From NCBI GenBank assembly GCA_963809485.1, contig CAWEJX010000007.1, forward strand, positions 288,001-352,000: a stretch of 64,000 nt of DNA, written 5' to 3'. Shown one piece after another: positions 31,175-41,210 of the stretch (its first letter is position 1; each line of letters starts with the position of its first letter). The translations under genes and the position numbers were made by a program. Origin of the DNA: an uncultured Acidobacteriota bacterium. GTDB lineage: Bacteria; Acidobacteriota; UBA6911. The notes below the pieces were generated by a model that was given only the letters and a program-made list of their open reading frames with translations, did no database searches and had not been told where the DNA came from.

Positions 31175-31663
31175 ATGCGCGTCGTGCTTGGTTCCGATCA
31201 TGCCGGTTTTGAAATGAAAGAAAAGATTGCTGTCCACGTCCGGGAGATGGGACATCAGGTGCTGGATGTCGGCACGAACAGTGATGCGCCGGTGGACTAT
31301 CCGGACTATGCCGAGGCCGTGGCCAATGCCATTTTGAATCATGAGGCCGAGCGGGGGATCCTGGTCTGCGGAAGCGGCGTGGGTGCCGCGGTGGCGGCAA
31401 ACAAAATTCCCGGCATACGGGCGGCGACCTGCCACGACTGCTATTCGGCGCATCAGGGCGTGGAGCACGACGACATCAACATCCTTGTGCTTGGAGCCAG
31501 GGTCATTGCGAATGCCCTTGCATACGACCTGGTCTGGATGTTCCTGGGCGCGCAGTTTTCCGGAGAGGAACGGCATTTGCGCCGGCTGGCAAAAGTACAG
31601 GAACTGGAAAAGAAATACCGCGCTTCCGACACGGACACCCCGCATCATGATCCTGTTGACTGA
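31175..31663 (+). CDS. rpiB: Ribose-5-phosphate isomerase B
   Basis: GSDHAG, DYPDYA, CGSGVGAAVAANK, GERH-type C-terminal motif; AAGGAG SD and TATAAT at 31146-31151. Confidence 0.95.
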   Translation: MRVVLGSDHAGFEMKEKIAVHVREMGHQVLDVGTNSDAPVDYPDYAEAVANAILNHEAERGILVCGSGVGAAVAANKIPGIRAATCHDCYSAHQGVEHDDINILVLGARVIANALAYDLVWMFLGAQFSGEERHLRRLAKVQELEKKYRASDTDTPHHDPVD

Positions 31664-31696
31664 AATATCATGAAGTGATAAAACATTTCTTCATGA
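31656..31696 (+). promoter_or_regulatory. Putative promoter/operator of the toxin-antitoxin pair
   Basis: TTGACT-17-TAAAAC overlapped by the inverted repeat TCATGAAG...CTTCATGA. Confidence 0.4.
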
Positions 31697-31959
31697 CACG
31701 TCCTCTGCAAATATATCTAGATGATTTGGAGTTCGAGCGGCTGGAAAAGTGGGCTGATGCGCGGGGATGGACCAAATCCCGCGCTGTGCGCGCTGCGCTC
31801 CGCGCGTTGACTCGAACCGAGGGAGAAGATCCTCTTCTCTCCGCCAGCGGGATGATCGATGCTCTTCCGGAGGACCTCAGCGAGCAGTTCGATCGATACT
31901 TGCACGAAACCTATATTGCCGAAAAGAGGTCCGGGTATCGCAAGAAGCGCAGAAAGTAA
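31693..31959 (+). CDS. RHH/CopG-like antitoxin (VapB-type)
   Basis: LQIYLDD...LEKWA..RGWTKSRAVRAAL ribbon-helix-helix pattern; DLSEQFDRYL C-terminus; upstream of a PIN gene. Confidence 0.75.
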   Translation: MTRPLQIYLDDLEFERLEKWADARGWTKSRAVRAALRALTRTEGEDPLLSASGMIDALPEDLSEQFDRYLHETYIAEKRSGYRKKRRK

Positions 31960-32362
31960 CCTTGTATTCATCGACAGCAGCGCCTGGATCGGTCTTTTCA
32001 GCCGGCGAGACCAGCACCATGCGGAAGCGGACCGCATGTTCAGAGCAGCTGTCGCCTCAAAAAACCGGCTGCTCAGCACGAACCTTGTCTTGGCTGAAAT
32101 ACACCGTTTGCTGCTGTACAGGGCCGGAAGCAGGGCTGCGGCCGCAGCCTTGGAAACGATCGAGGCCAGTCCGCTGGTAAAAATCGAGTTCGCAGGCGTT
32201 TCCCATCACGGCGCGGCAAAAAAGTGGATGGAAAAGCTGTCGGATCACGCCATTTCCTATACCGATGCCGTCAGCTTTGCCGTAATGGAATCCACACAAT
32301 GCCTGCAGGTCATGACTTACGATCACCACTTCCAGCTGGCAGGATTCGATTTATTCGCATGA
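31937..32362 (+). CDS. vapC: PIN-domain toxin (VapC family); start codon uncertain
   Basis: VFIDSSAW...DQHH...TNLVLAE...SYTDAVSFAVM...TYDHHFQLAGF. Confidence 0.85.
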   Translation: MARSAESNLVFIDSSAWIGLFSRRDQHHAEADRMFRAAVASKNRLLSTNLVLAEIHRLLLYRAGSRAAAAALETIEASPLVKIEFAGVSHHGAAKKWMEKLSDHAISYTDAVSFAVMESTQCLQVMTYDHHFQLAGFDLFA

Positions 32363-32483
32363 GGGCAGATATTCCTTATGGAATTTTGATGAGGCTCGAT
32401 CAGCGTTCATCCGCGCATTTTTCAGCGTTCGTCGGCGTTATCTGATCCTGGAGCCGCGCCCCGCCCCGAGTCCCTCGGCGGAG

Positions 32484-33737
32484 CTAAAGTATTAGCGATG
32501 CATTCAGGCGGCGGGTTTGCTGCTTCATATCATTCACATAGCCTTTGCCGAGACGGCGGATTGCGAATGCGGTCTTGTTGTGGGACAGCGGCTCTTCCAG
32601 GTCGGCCCACTGCCGGCTTTTTTCCCCGTCAGGAGTTCCGGGGATCGGGGAGAATTCCGAAAGAAGCACTCTCGTGCCGCACTTGTGGGCAAAATGGATC
32701 GAGGACTCAAGTTCCTGCCCGTCTGAATCAGGGTGTCCCAGAATGATGTAGGTGACGATGGAATCGGCTCCCGCCTCGCGCAGGTATCCGACCGCGGCCG
32801 AGAATTCATCGGAGCCTACCTTGCCTCCCGTGGAGCGCTGCCAGGCAAGATCACTGCTCTCCAATCCGAAAAAGAAACTGGCAAATCCGGCCCGCAGCAT
32901 GAGGCGGGCAAGCTCCGGTGTCACAAAGCGGGCATTGAGCGCGTTGGGAGTGTGAAATGAAACCGGAAAATCGGAGCGAAGGACCCCTTCGAGGAAAGGG
33001 ACGAGCGCAATTTCGGGCTGGAAAAGCAGCGCATCGTCATAAAAAGCAACATTCCTCAATCCCAGCGAGGCCATTTGTCCGAGTTCATACAGGCAAATCG
33101 AGGTCGGGCGTCGGGCAAACCCGGGCCACAAAAGCGGTGCCGAACAATAAGTGCATGCGTAGGGGCAACCTTCCGTAATTTTTATTACTCCAACCTCACC
33201 GGATTCGGGCGGCCAGAAAGGGATCGCCTCTTCAGGTTCCAGGGACAGGAATCGCCACAATGGCGCCAGGTCGGCGCCCTCCACCACCAGGTCTGCGCCC
33301 AGAGACCGGGCATGGGACGGGCAAAGGGTCGCATATACGCCGCCCAGAACGATCCTGCAAGACGGCTGCAGCTCGCGCAGATCCTCGATTACTTCCTGGA
33401 TCCCGGGATACCAGTAGGTCATCATCGTTTGAATCAGTGCCGCATCAAACGAACGGCCATTTAAAAATTCCCGGAATTGGCTGCGCGGCTTTCCAAAGCG
33501 CCGGAAACGCCTTGGAATATCGCTTAAGGATTTTGGTTTGGGAATCTCCAGGCCTGGAAAACGGCCCCGGCCCCAGGCGTCCCTATGTTCCGAGACAAGG
33601 TAGTCAAAAAAGCTGAGGCGGCAGCAGTGCCGAATCCGGCCGGCAACCCGCAGCATTCCGTAAGGCCGAAGCCAGAAGTCATAGGCCGTAAAGTCATATA
33701 TCGGCGGGTTTATCAAAAGCACCTGCATCGGCTGCAT
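32484..33737 (-). CDS. B12-binding radical SAM protein
   Basis: VLLINPP and IVLGGVYATL (B12-binding); EGCPYACTYC (CxxxCxxC); FYDDAL; FGLES. Confidence 0.9.
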   Translation of the reverse strand: MQPMQVLLINPPIYDFTAYDFWLRPYGMLRVAGRIRHCCRLSFFDYLVSEHRDAWGRGRFPGLEIPKPKSLSDIPRRFRRFGKPRSQFREFLNGRSFDAALIQTMMTYWYPGIQEVIEDLRELQPSCRIVLGGVYATLCPSHARSLGADLVVEGADLAPLWRFLSLEPEEAIPFWPPESGEVGVIKITEGCPYACTYCSAPLLWPGFARRPTSICLYELGQMASLGLRNVAFYDDALLFQPEIALVPFLEGVLRSDFPVSFHTPNALNARFVTPELARLMLRAGFASFFFGLESSDLAWQRSTGGKVGSDEFSAAVGYLREAGADSIVTYIILGHPDSDGQELESSIHFAHKCGTRVLLSEFSPIPGTPDGEKSRQWADLEEPLSHNKTAFAIRRLGKGYVNDMKQQTRRLNASLIL

Positions 33738-34033
33738 GTCTTCAAGATACAGAAAGCCTGTGCCCAGCGCCAGCCCAGCAGGATAATCCGTGGTGAACAG
33801 CTTCGAGGCTTCGTGGCACGGAGCCGCGCCTTTTTTATGCTCAGGGCGTTGACGGCATGCGAATGACCCGCTGACGTTCCGAGGCCACCAGCCAGTCAGA
33901 CTGCAACATAGCGCAGTGAACCCATTCGCTTCCAGGGCGCGATACGCCGAAATGCTTTCGGATTAAAGGGTATGGTGTGAATTTTTCCGGACAGGCATTC
34001 CCGCGAGTCGAAAATTCCTGTCTGACGGATTTC

Positions 34034-34318
34034 TTACTGCCTCGGCACGACTTTCATGTCCCATTCGTACAGCTCCAGGGTCCTGGCCCCGAGAACCACA
34101 TACGGATCGCTCTGGGCCAATTCTCTGGCCTCTTCCATGGATTCCGCTATATAGATGGCAAGCCCGCCCTCGCCGCCGGTAAAGCGTCCACGGGCGAAGA
34201 TTTTCCCTTCCTGCTCATTTTTCTGGAGAAAATCCACATGATGCTGGCGATATAACTGGTTTTTTTCAGGATCTTTCATTTTCAGAAATGCCGCGAAATA
34301 TTTCATATTTTTCTCCAT
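34034..34318 (-). CDS. YciI family protein
   Basis: RQHHVDFL...GKIFARGRF..GEGGL...EEARELAQSDPYV. Confidence 0.88.
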   Translation of the reverse strand: MEKNMKYFAAFLKMKDPEKNQLYRQHHVDFLQKNEQEGKIFARGRFTGGEGGLAIYIAESMEEARELAQSDPYVVLGARTLELYEWDMKVVPRQ

Positions 34319-34338
34319 TGCGCGTCCTCATCCCGGAC

Positions 34339-36816
34339 TCATGCGATCGCTTCGACTTGCACGCCGACCAGCGGTTCGAGCAGTTTGCGTTCCTCCTGCG
34401 GAAGAGCCATAAAAACTCCGAGATCATGGGTTTCACGGTAGCGGATAGCGGAATCCAGAAGGCGCACGGGCAAATGGAACTCGCGGAATTTAGCCGCCAT
34501 CATTTGCCAGGATTCCAGCCAGAGTGAAGCATCCTCATCGCTGAGGGCCGTGGAGGACATCACGTCGGGGATGCATCCTATAAGCCCCTGCCCCAAAGCT
34601 CCGAGCATGTTGTGTTTCTGGTAAATCAATAGAAGCACCTTGATCGACAGCTGGGTGATTTTGGGATCGAACAGGCCTGGGATAAGACGCCGGATTAAGG
34701 CTCCTGTGTCCCCGGCATCCGGATTCTCCGAGCGGGCGAACCGGTCGAGCGCCTCGTCCAGATTAGCTGCCGCTTCGCGCCAGCGGTCGAGGGCTAAAAG
34801 GAGCTCGACCACTTTATACCGGACGAATGAAGAGCCTTCCCCAAGCGAAATGGCTTTGCGGAAGCAATCCAGAGACTCATCGTGCTGCTCCTTCCTGCAA
34901 AGGGCCGATCCTTTAAGCACCCAGGCTCCCGCCTCCGCAGGGCTGAGCTCGATTGCCTTTTGAACCTGTTCCAGGGCCTCATCCGGGCGGTTCAACTCAA
35001 TCAGCGCAGCGCACATGTGCATGCGTGCCTTTGGGTTTTTGGGCTCCAGCTCGACCGCTTTTGAAAAAGCTTCAAGTGCTTCCGGGAACAATTCAAGATC
35101 AGCCAGCGCGGCCCCGCGCGTGGTCCAGGCAACGGCATCCTTGTTGTCCAGCCTGATAGCCACATCGCAGGCATTCAAAGCCTCGCCGGGGCGAGAGAGG
35201 TTCACGAATATGGAGGCCTGGGTGCACCACGTCTCGCCCGAATCGGAATTGAACTGGATCGATTTGCTGCATGAGGAAAGAGCTTCTTCGTATCGCCCGA
35301 TACGGTTGAGGATCCAGGCATGCCATCGCAGGGCTTCGGCGTCCCGGGGATTTGAGGCGAGTATCCTGTCGTAGACCTGGGCGGCTTCCTCCAATTGCCC
35401 AAGGCGGATGAGGCAGAAAGCCTCGGCCATCAGGTCCTGTTTCAATCCGCGGACGGCCGCAAGCTCTTCCGCAGCCTTTAGAGCTTTGCCATAATCATTG
35501 CTCTGGACCGAGTCGTTATATTCCCCGCAACACTCGCCGATTCGCGGATCTTCCCAACGTTGCTCCAGGGTTTCGAGCGGCGGAAAATAGTTCTGTTCCG
35601 CCAGGTCCTGGGTTGGAAGCGCAGCCAGCTTCTGCTTCAGCTCGGCCGGCGAATACCAGAGCCGCAAAAAATCAAGCAGAAGGCCGATGGGCTTGCCCCG
35701 GTGTTTTTTAACCTCAAAGGACAGGCGCATCAGCGGTTCACGCAATTCGTAATAGCGGTCTTCTCCTATTTGAAAAGAATGCAGGTGCCCCAATTTGCAC
35801 AGGGATTCCAGCTGAGCGGAGGCCGTCGTGGAGCCAATGAAGGAGGCCCGGGAGACATCGGCAACTCGCACCGGGTGACGATCTTCGCAAACAAACTCGA
35901 TAATTTTGCGCTGCTCCACAGGCAGCGCGGCGATCCGCGAGTTGTAGTAGGGAGTCAGGTCGTCGACCGTCTCCATCAGCGGCCTTACGAGCTCCTCGAT
36001 CGACTCGTGCGCGAGCAGCGGGGCGAAAACCACGTAGGCCCGGTGGTTGCCGCCGGCAAGATAGCGCAGGGCGCGGACCCGCGATCGTCCCCGCGGCGTG
36101 TCGATCAGGGAAATAAGCTCCCTGTCGTTCTGGAAGCGCGCAATCTTGGAAATCAGCTGGACTGCGTCCTCGAAATTCAGTTCGCGCAGCACCTCAACAC
36201 GGAAAAAATCCTGCTGAAAAGGAGAGCCTGAAGGGAACACCCGCGCCATAGGTCCCGGCGAAGTAGCTACCATGCAACAGAAGCCGCTTTCACGCAGAAA
36301 ACGGTACAGCTTCAACTCCTCTGCCCGGCCGAGCTTTTGCAGCAGATCATCAAAATTTTCCGCCAGGATCAGGATGGTGCGCTTGCCGGCAATCTCCTTT
36401 ATCAGGCCGGAAGCTGCAGACTCGACTTCGCCGGAATCTAGCTCATAGAGAGATGCCAGTCGCTGTTCAACAACCTGGTCCTTCGCGCTCCCCGATGTCA
36501 GGGCTCGCAAAATCCTGAACAGCAGATCCCGAAAAGAGGAAACTCCCCATTCCTCCTCACGCAGCCAGGCGGTGAGAAGGCGGTCTTTGAGCTCCCCCAC
36601 CGCACTGAGCCGGTAGTAAATCATTGAAATCAGGTGTGTCTTGCCGATCCCTCTGGGCCCAACGAGCAGGCTGTTTTGTTTGGATTGGGTTAACGCGCTG
36701 ATGCCGATGCGCTCCAGAATGCTTTGCAGCAGCTCTTCTCGCTGGACGAAAATGGCTTCCAACGCATCCGGCGTCATCAGGCTGGGGGTAAAGCGTGAAA
36801 GAAACTGTGATTCCAT
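34339..36816 (-). CDS. STAND-like P-loop ATPase + winged HTH + TPR repeat protein
   Basis: Walker A GPRGIGKT, Walker B ILILAENFDD, GGNHR at the GxP position, wHTH-like segment, about 6 TPRs. Confidence 0.75.
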   Translation of the reverse strand: MESQFLSRFTPSLMTPDALEAIFVQREELLQSILERIGISALTQSKQNSLLVGPRGIGKTHLISMIYYRLSAVGELKDRLLTAWLREEEWGVSSFRDLLFRILRALTSGSAKDQVVEQRLASLYELDSGEVESAASGLIKEIAGKRTILILAENFDDLLQKLGRAEELKLYRFLRESGFCCMVATSPGPMARVFPSGSPFQQDFFRVEVLRELNFEDAVQLISKIARFQNDRELISLIDTPRGRSRVRALRYLAGGNHRAYVVFAPLLAHESIEELVRPLMETVDDLTPYYNSRIAALPVEQRKIIEFVCEDRHPVRVADVSRASFIGSTTASAQLESLCKLGHLHSFQIGEDRYYELREPLMRLSFEVKKHRGKPIGLLLDFLRLWYSPAELKQKLAALPTQDLAEQNYFPPLETLEQRWEDPRIGECCGEYNDSVQSNDYGKALKAAEELAAVRGLKQDLMAEAFCLIRLGQLEEAAQVYDRILASNPRDAEALRWHAWILNRIGRYEEALSSCSKSIQFNSDSGETWCTQASIFVNLSRPGEALNACDVAIRLDNKDAVAWTTRGAALADLELFPEALEAFSKAVELEPKNPKARMHMCAALIELNRPDEALEQVQKAIELSPAEAGAWVLKGSALCRKEQHDESLDCFRKAISLGEGSSFVRYKVVELLLALDRWREAAANLDEALDRFARSENPDAGDTGALIRRLIPGLFDPKITQLSIKVLLLIYQKHNMLGALGQGLIGCIPDVMSSTALSDEDASLWLESWQMMAAKFREFHLPVRLLDSAIRYRETHDLGVFMALPQEERKLLEPLVGVQVEAIA

Positions 36817-36899
36817 AGATTAAGTCGGGGCCGACACTTGTTCACGGATTGCGCTGAACTCCGGATTCGCGGCACTCGCATGAGGTCCAACGAACGAGG

Positions 36900-37139
36900 C
36901 TAGGCGCGTTTCTCCATATCTTCCAAGCCATAATCCTTCATTTCGATGACGCTTTTAACTCCGAGCAAAGCGCAGGTGTTGTCGTAGATCTGTTTCATCA
37001 CCTTCTTCGCATTCTGGAGTTCATCGATTCTTTGCCTGGCTCGGGCAATCTCTTCGCTCAGCTCCTTGTCGAGATGATCCAGTTCGGCCCGGGCCATTTG
37101 TCTCATGGCCTCATATCTGCTCTGTTGATCGCTTGTCAT
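36900..37139 (-). CDS. Small coiled-coil hypothetical protein
   Basis: 79 aa, heptad-rich (LDHLDKELSEEIARARQRIDELQNAKK), co-oriented upstream of the ATPase-TPR gene. Confidence 0.6.
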   Translation of the reverse strand: MTSDQQSRYEAMRQMARAELDHLDKELSEEIARARQRIDELQNAKKVMKQIYDNTCALLGVKSVIEMKDYGLEDMEKRA

Positions 37140-37266
37140 ATTTTATCCACAGTCTGTGAGCTCCGGATAGACCGGAGGCTTGGTTGATTCACCACCCGCA
37201 ACAGTAAGCCCCACCTCAGAATTGCTCTGTGCCGCACCCCGTCGAAATTCCGGCGGAACCGGAGAT

Positions 37267-38226
37267 TTACTGCAAAGGATTGAAGCTTATCGAAATTTGC
37301 TCCCTGCTGGCAATACTGACTCCGTTGGCCGATGCCGGTTTGAATTTCCACTGAAACACGGTCTCTTCGGCAGCCTCGCGGAAAAGACCTGGACCGGAAA
37401 CCGCCCTGGCGTCCACGACATCCCCTTTTTCATTAATCTCTATATCAAGCACAACAGTACCCGCTATCCCATACCTTCTGGCTGATTGGGGGTATATGGG
37501 CTTTACTGCGCTGATGCATTCTGCTTTGGTTGCATTGGACGAAATCACGGATTCCGAAGGAAGTGTTTGTTCGAAAACCGGTGGCGCCGATGTGGCATTG
37601 TTCGCTGCAGGGATGATCCTGGTCGGTTCTGACTTGAAGAACAGGTAGAAGATGGAAATCCCCAGAAGCATAATCAGGATCAGAGCTAAAATGACATATT
37701 TAACCCACGCAAACTTCCTGCGGGAGACGACCTGGCTGCGAAAGATTTCCAGCCTTTGCCATGACTGATCCCCCGAATCGGCGCTTGTGCGCCGCTCTTC
37801 CGAAGCGACTTTCTCCCGATCAGCAGGCGCGGCGGGAATTGCCGGAACATCCGTCTGGGGAGGGATTGCCGGTGCTGGTGTTTGATCCTTTCGATCACCA
37901 ATAGGTACTACTTTGGTTTTAAGTCTCTCAAGTTCACTGAGAGACTCCTCAATCTCGCGGTTGATCTCATCAACTTCGGAAGATGGTTCCGGGCGGCTCT
38001 CCCCGATAATCTTAATAACCGGCGGTTCCGTTTCGGTTTCCGGGGAGATAACAACCGGCGTCTCTTGAAGCCTTTCCGGTTGCGGCATTTGTTTGATCCC
38101 AGTGGAAAGACTGGTAAGCTCATCCAGAAAACCGGAGACCAGATCGTCCACATTTTCGGAAGCAGCTTCGGCCGGAATATCCTTTCCCTTCGCGTCGTTC
38201 CCTTCATTCAATCTGCTTCGCTGCAT
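37267..38226 (-). CDS. TonB C-terminal domain protein with long acidic N-terminal region and one TM helix
   Basis: PIYPQSARRYGIAGTVVLDIEINEKGDVVDARAVSGP..FREAAEETVFQWKFKPA; TM helix YVILALILIMLLGISIFYLFF. Confidence 0.8.
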   Translation of the reverse strand: MQRSRLNEGNDAKGKDIPAEAASENVDDLVSGFLDELTSLSTGIKQMPQPERLQETPVVISPETETEPPVIKIIGESRPEPSSEVDEINREIEESLSELERLKTKVVPIGDRKDQTPAPAIPPQTDVPAIPAAPADREKVASEERRTSADSGDQSWQRLEIFRSQVVSRRKFAWVKYVILALILIMLLGISIFYLFFKSEPTRIIPAANNATSAPPVFEQTLPSESVISSNATKAECISAVKPIYPQSARRYGIAGTVVLDIEINEKGDVVDARAVSGPGLFREAAEETVFQWKFKPASANGVSIASREQISISFNPLQ

Positions 38227-38387
38227 TAGATGACTCGCTTTGCTTTGATAGCAATGGTTCCTTCGCACGGGATGGAGATTCCCTTTTTTGCCGGCAACTG
38301 GATAGCTGGTTCTGAGTGCCTGAGGCAACAGCCGGCCCGGTAGCCCGTCCCCAAACCACCGTGGGCCTATGGTTTGTGAGCAATCGT

Positions 38388-38451
38388 AGGGTAGACCGGA
38401 CACATTGACATGTCAATAGTCTTGAACCTGCAGGCAATGTGAGGCTAAAGT
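38388..38451. promoter_or_regulatory. Divergent promoter region with perfect 14-bp palindrome ATTGACATGTCAAT (38404-38417)
   Basis: Minus strand TTGACA-17-TACCCT; plus strand TTGAAC-18-TAAAGT. Confidence 0.4.
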
Positions 38452-38481
38452 TCAAGAGAGGCAGCCCCTGGGGGAGGTGGG

Positions 38482-40144
38482 ATGATGACGGAGACCAGAA
38501 AAGGATTTGGAATCGCAAGAATAATGGGAATTGTTTTTGTGCTGTTGGTGGTCCTTGTTGCAGCAATCCCTTTTCTTTTGGACCTTAATCAGTTCCGCCC
38601 CCAGATTGAATCCCAGCTGTCCGGTGCGCTTGGCCGGGACGTCAAGGTTGACAGCCTGAACCTCTCCCTGCTATCCGGCGGCATTCAGGTGAAAAATATC
38701 AGTATTGCCGATAATCCGGCATTCAGCAGTTCTGCTTTCGTGCAGGCGAAATCGCTGCAGGCTGGCGTCGAACTGAAGCCCCTGATTTTCTCAAAATCGG
38801 TTCGCATTACCGGAATTTCGCTGGATGGCCCCAATATCACCCTGATCCGGTCTTCGTCCGGCAAGTGGAATATTTCCGATCTGGGAAGCAGGGCCGGGGC
38901 GCCCAAGAAAGTCACGGGAGCGGATTCGGGAAGTAACGGCCGGGACGGATGTTTCCATAAAACAGCTCAAAATAGCAGGCGGCCGGGTTACCATCGTCGG
39001 ATCAAACCGGAAATCGACGGTTTACGACAATGTCAACCTCGTGGCGAATGATCTCTCCTTCACCTCTGAATTTCCCTTCAGGCTGACGGCTTCGCTTCCC
39101 GGCGGCGGCGATTTCAGGCTGGAAGGCAAGGCCGGACCTCTGAACACGGCTGACATGGCACGCACATCCCTGTCGGCGGATCTCGCTGTTTCAAAACTGG
39201 ATATCGTCTCATCGGGATTTGTCGCAGCGGATTCCGGCCTTTCGGGAGTCATGGACTTCAAGGGTACGGTCGCCTCCGATGGCAGCAAGATGCGGAGCAG
39301 CGGCCAAGCTCAAGCCGGCAGGCTCCAATTCGTCAAAGGCGGCGCGCCGGCTGGCAGGCCGGTATCTCTGGATTACGGAGTCGACTACGATCTGGCGCAG
39401 GGGAACGGTGTATTGAGCGAAGCAAAAGTGGGATATGGCAGTGCAGTCGCCAGTCTCACCGGAAATTACGACCTGAGCGGAGAAAGCGTCTTGCTCCACG
39501 TGAAAGTGAGCGGCATCGGAATGCCCCTTCAGGACCTTGAGACTTTGCTTCCGGCATTCGCTGTTACGATGCCCAAGGGGGCTTCGCTCCAGGGGGGAAC
39601 GCTGACTGCCCGCATGGCTGCGGATGGGCCCATTGAAAAAATGGTGATTGCGGGTACCGTGGATGTCAACCGGACCCGGCTGGTGGGATTCGATCTTGCG
39701 GGCAAAATGTCCGCCCTGGCTGCACTGGCCGGACTTAAGCCGGAAGAGGCAACTGCCATCGAAAAGTTTGCCGCGTACATAAAGCAGACGTCTGAAGGAA
39801 CTCAGGTAAGCAATCTTCTTCTGATCCTTCCGGCAATTGGAGCCCTTTACGGCAACGGCAGGATAAGCGTCGACCAGTCGCTTGATTTCGAGATGAGGGC
39901 CCGTCTGAAACCTTCGGGTGGAATCGCGCAGAGTCTGGGGAAGCTGGCGGGAAGCAACACCCTGGAAATCCCCTTCCTTATTCGCGGAACAGCTTCAGAT
40001 CCCAAATTTGTCGCCGATATGAAAGAAGCAGCCGGCGGCCTGCTGGGGTCGATAATGTCAGGGAAGGGCGGCAAAAAGGGGCAAACGGATTCGGGCAAAA
40101 GCCTGGAAGGGTCGCTGCTCGAGATGATCCAGAAAAAGAAATAA
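38482..40144 (+). CDS. AsmA family protein; one indel near 38935
   Basis: N-terminal TM then LDLNQFRPQIESQLSGALGRDV...ITLIRSSSGKWNISDL; continues in 39041..40144 ending IPFLIRGTASDPKF. Confidence 0.82.
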
Positions 40145-40151
40145 CGGAAAT

Positions 40152-40982
40152 ATGTCTCGAAAATCCCGTTTATGCTTCACGGCAGCGATGCTGCTGATTT
40201 TCACGGCGGCAGCCGGGGCTCAATCGATCCAGCACGAACAACTGGAGCGAAATGTCATTGAAGACCGGTTGCGGCAATACACCGGGCCGAATGCCGCGCG
40301 CGGGATCACTATGATGAAACTGTTCGCGGAAGCAGGCTGCAGCGGGGAGCGCCTGCAGGAGCAGCCGGTGTATCATGCGGATGCGCCGAACGTTGTATGC
40401 AGGCTTCCCGGCAACGGCAACGGAGTGATTATCGTCGGGGCGCATTTCGACTACGTCCCCGCCGGCGATGGAGTCGTGGACAACTGGAGCGGCTCTTCGC
40501 TTTTGCCCAGCCTTTATCAAAGCCTGAGCGGGACGCCCAGGCGTCACACTTTCATTTTTATTGGCTTTACGGGGGAAGAAACGGGATTTTTCGGTTCCAG
40601 GTCCTACGTGAGGCATCTTACAGAAGATGAGGCCGCCCGCGTAAAGGCCATGATCAACCTGGACACGCTCGGGCTCGGCCCTACGGAAATCTGGATCAGC
40701 GACAGCGATCCGGGGCTTGTGGAAAAATTGGCCACTGTAGCCTACGAATTAAAACTGCCGCTCCGGGGCATGAACGTGGACGGCATCGGCGACAGCGACG
40801 GCCGGCCTTTCAAGGACCGGGACATTCCCGTCATTACTCTGCATTCGGTCACCGCCGACAATCTGAGGATCCTCCACACGAGTGAGGACAACCTGGGAGC
40901 CGTAAAGCTTGAGGATTATTACGAAAGCTACAAGCTCATCGCCGCCTATCTTGCGGCCCTGGATACGGCATTAGCCAGGTAA
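40152..40982 (+). CDS. M28 family peptidase
   Basis: Signal peptide; VGAHFD, GVVDNWSG, TGEETG, MINLD, SDGRPF, LHTSED. Confidence 0.88.
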   Translation: MSRKSRLCFTAAMLLIFTAAAGAQSIQHEQLERNVIEDRLRQYTGPNAARGITMMKLFAEAGCSGERLQEQPVYHADAPNVVCRLPGNGNGVIIVGAHFDYVPAGDGVVDNWSGSSLLPSLYQSLSGTPRRHTFIFIGFTGEETGFFGSRSYVRHLTEDEAARVKAMINLDTLGLGPTEIWISDSDPGLVEKLATVAYELKLPLRGMNVDGIGDSDGRPFKDRDIPVITLHSVTADNLRILHTSEDNLGAVKLEDYYESYKLIAAYLAALDTALAR

Positions 40983-41210
40983 GTCCTTACCGATGCGCGT
41001 CCGGATCAGGAATACGGGAGTTTCAGGGCTTCCATAATCCCCTTCATATATCCGAAAGTGAATATTTTGCCTCCCATTGCGTAGCCCGACCTGGTTGCGG
41101 TCGCTTTCGATCGTCGGGGCGTGGTCGGACAGGATGGGTATAGCATCAATCTTGACAACGCCCCGGGAAAAAGAAAAGGATGGAAGCTGTTCGGGCAAGC
41201 GGGGAGCTCC

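Noticed and set aside
33740-34030. Cobalamin riboswitch upstream of the B12-binding radical SAM gene
   Set aside because: No B12-box or GGGAA...GCCCCCGCAACTGT core found; only a weak GCGAATG/CATTCGC stem
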